5,871 nucleotides of DNA from a virus (taxonomy: Duplodnaviria; Heunggongvirae; Uroviricota; Caudoviricetes): IMG/VR virus record IMGVR_UViG_2534682252_000030. One strand, written 5' to 3'. The notes beneath the pieces are model-generated. The model had not been told where the DNA came from, did not search any database, and worked only from the letters and a program-made list of their open reading frames with translations. Below, piece after piece: positions 5,648 to 5,871 of the stretch. The position numbers were made by a program, and so were the translations under genes. Position 1 is the first letter of the stretch. Each line of letters starts with the position of its first letter.

Positions 5648-5682
5648 CTTCTCCGACGAAAGTCAGTACTGGCTGTTTTTTT
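5648..5682 (+). terminator. Intrinsic terminator hairpin split by the IS insertion (left stem arm is at 4564-4571 plus 5648-5649)
   Basis: With the IS and one GTA copy removed the site reads AGCCAGTACT tctccgacgaaagtc AGTACTGGCT GTTTTTTT: a perfect 10-bp stem and a T7 tract on the plus strand. Confidence 0.45.
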
Positions 5683-5683
5683 A

Positions 5684-5871
5684 TTATGCTGCCGGTGCAT
5701 TTATCTCCAGCATCAGACTTTCTATCTCAACGCCATACGCTGCATTTTTTGTAACATCCGTCAGCGTCAGCGCATTCAGTCCCAGTGTCAGACTGTCTTT
5801 TATAACCTGGAATGCCGGGCCAGCCACTCCATTCAGTTTCGGAGTAACCATGGCACTGCCGGCGGTGAACA
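5684..5871 (-). CDS. 3' end of a gene running off the right edge (61 C-terminal codons), product unknown; sits where lambdoid phages carry the late-gene activator
   Basis: Open minus-strand frame from the window edge to TAA at 5684-5686: ...AMVTPKLNGVAGPAFQVIKDSLTLGLNALTLTDVTKNAAYGVEIESLMLEINAPAA. Not in the ORF track because it has no start in the window. I do not recognise a family. Confidence 0.35.
   Translation of the reverse strand, partial: FTAGSAMVTPKLNGVAGPAFQVIKDSLTLGLNALTLTDVTKNAAYGVEIESLMLEINAPAA

Overview
The window reads as the late-gene / cos region of a degraded lambdoid (phage 21-like) prophage, in map order on the minus strand and interrupted by two insertion sequences. All calls rest on reading the sequence and ORF track against remembered protein families; no database search was run. 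Right to left: a partial ORF ending at 5684; an IS3-family (IS629-like) element at 4572-5644 with 3-bp GTA target duplications and an internally deleted orfB; a putative late promoter and tR'-like terminator; a pinholin (S21-like) gene disrupted by three 1-nt deletions; a YdfR-like gene with a 1-nt frameshift; an intact SAR-type lysozyme; an intrinsic terminator; two small membrane-protein ORFs in one frame separated by a single TGA; intact Rz/Rz1 spanins; a 460-bp AT-rich non-coding stretch; a 104-aa PerC-like ORF; a bidirectional terminator; a convergent small ribbon-helix-helix-like ORF; a lambda-type cos site (cosN and cosQ-side sequence matching lambda, with different cosB repeats); and a Nu1-like small-terminase gene truncated at about 91 codons, next to an IS66-family-like tnpA at the left edge. 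The most interesting candidate for something undescribed is the two-ORF membrane-protein module wedged between endolysin and spanin genes. The cluster of homopolymer single-base deletions in the holin/YdfR-like genes may be real decay or sequencing error.
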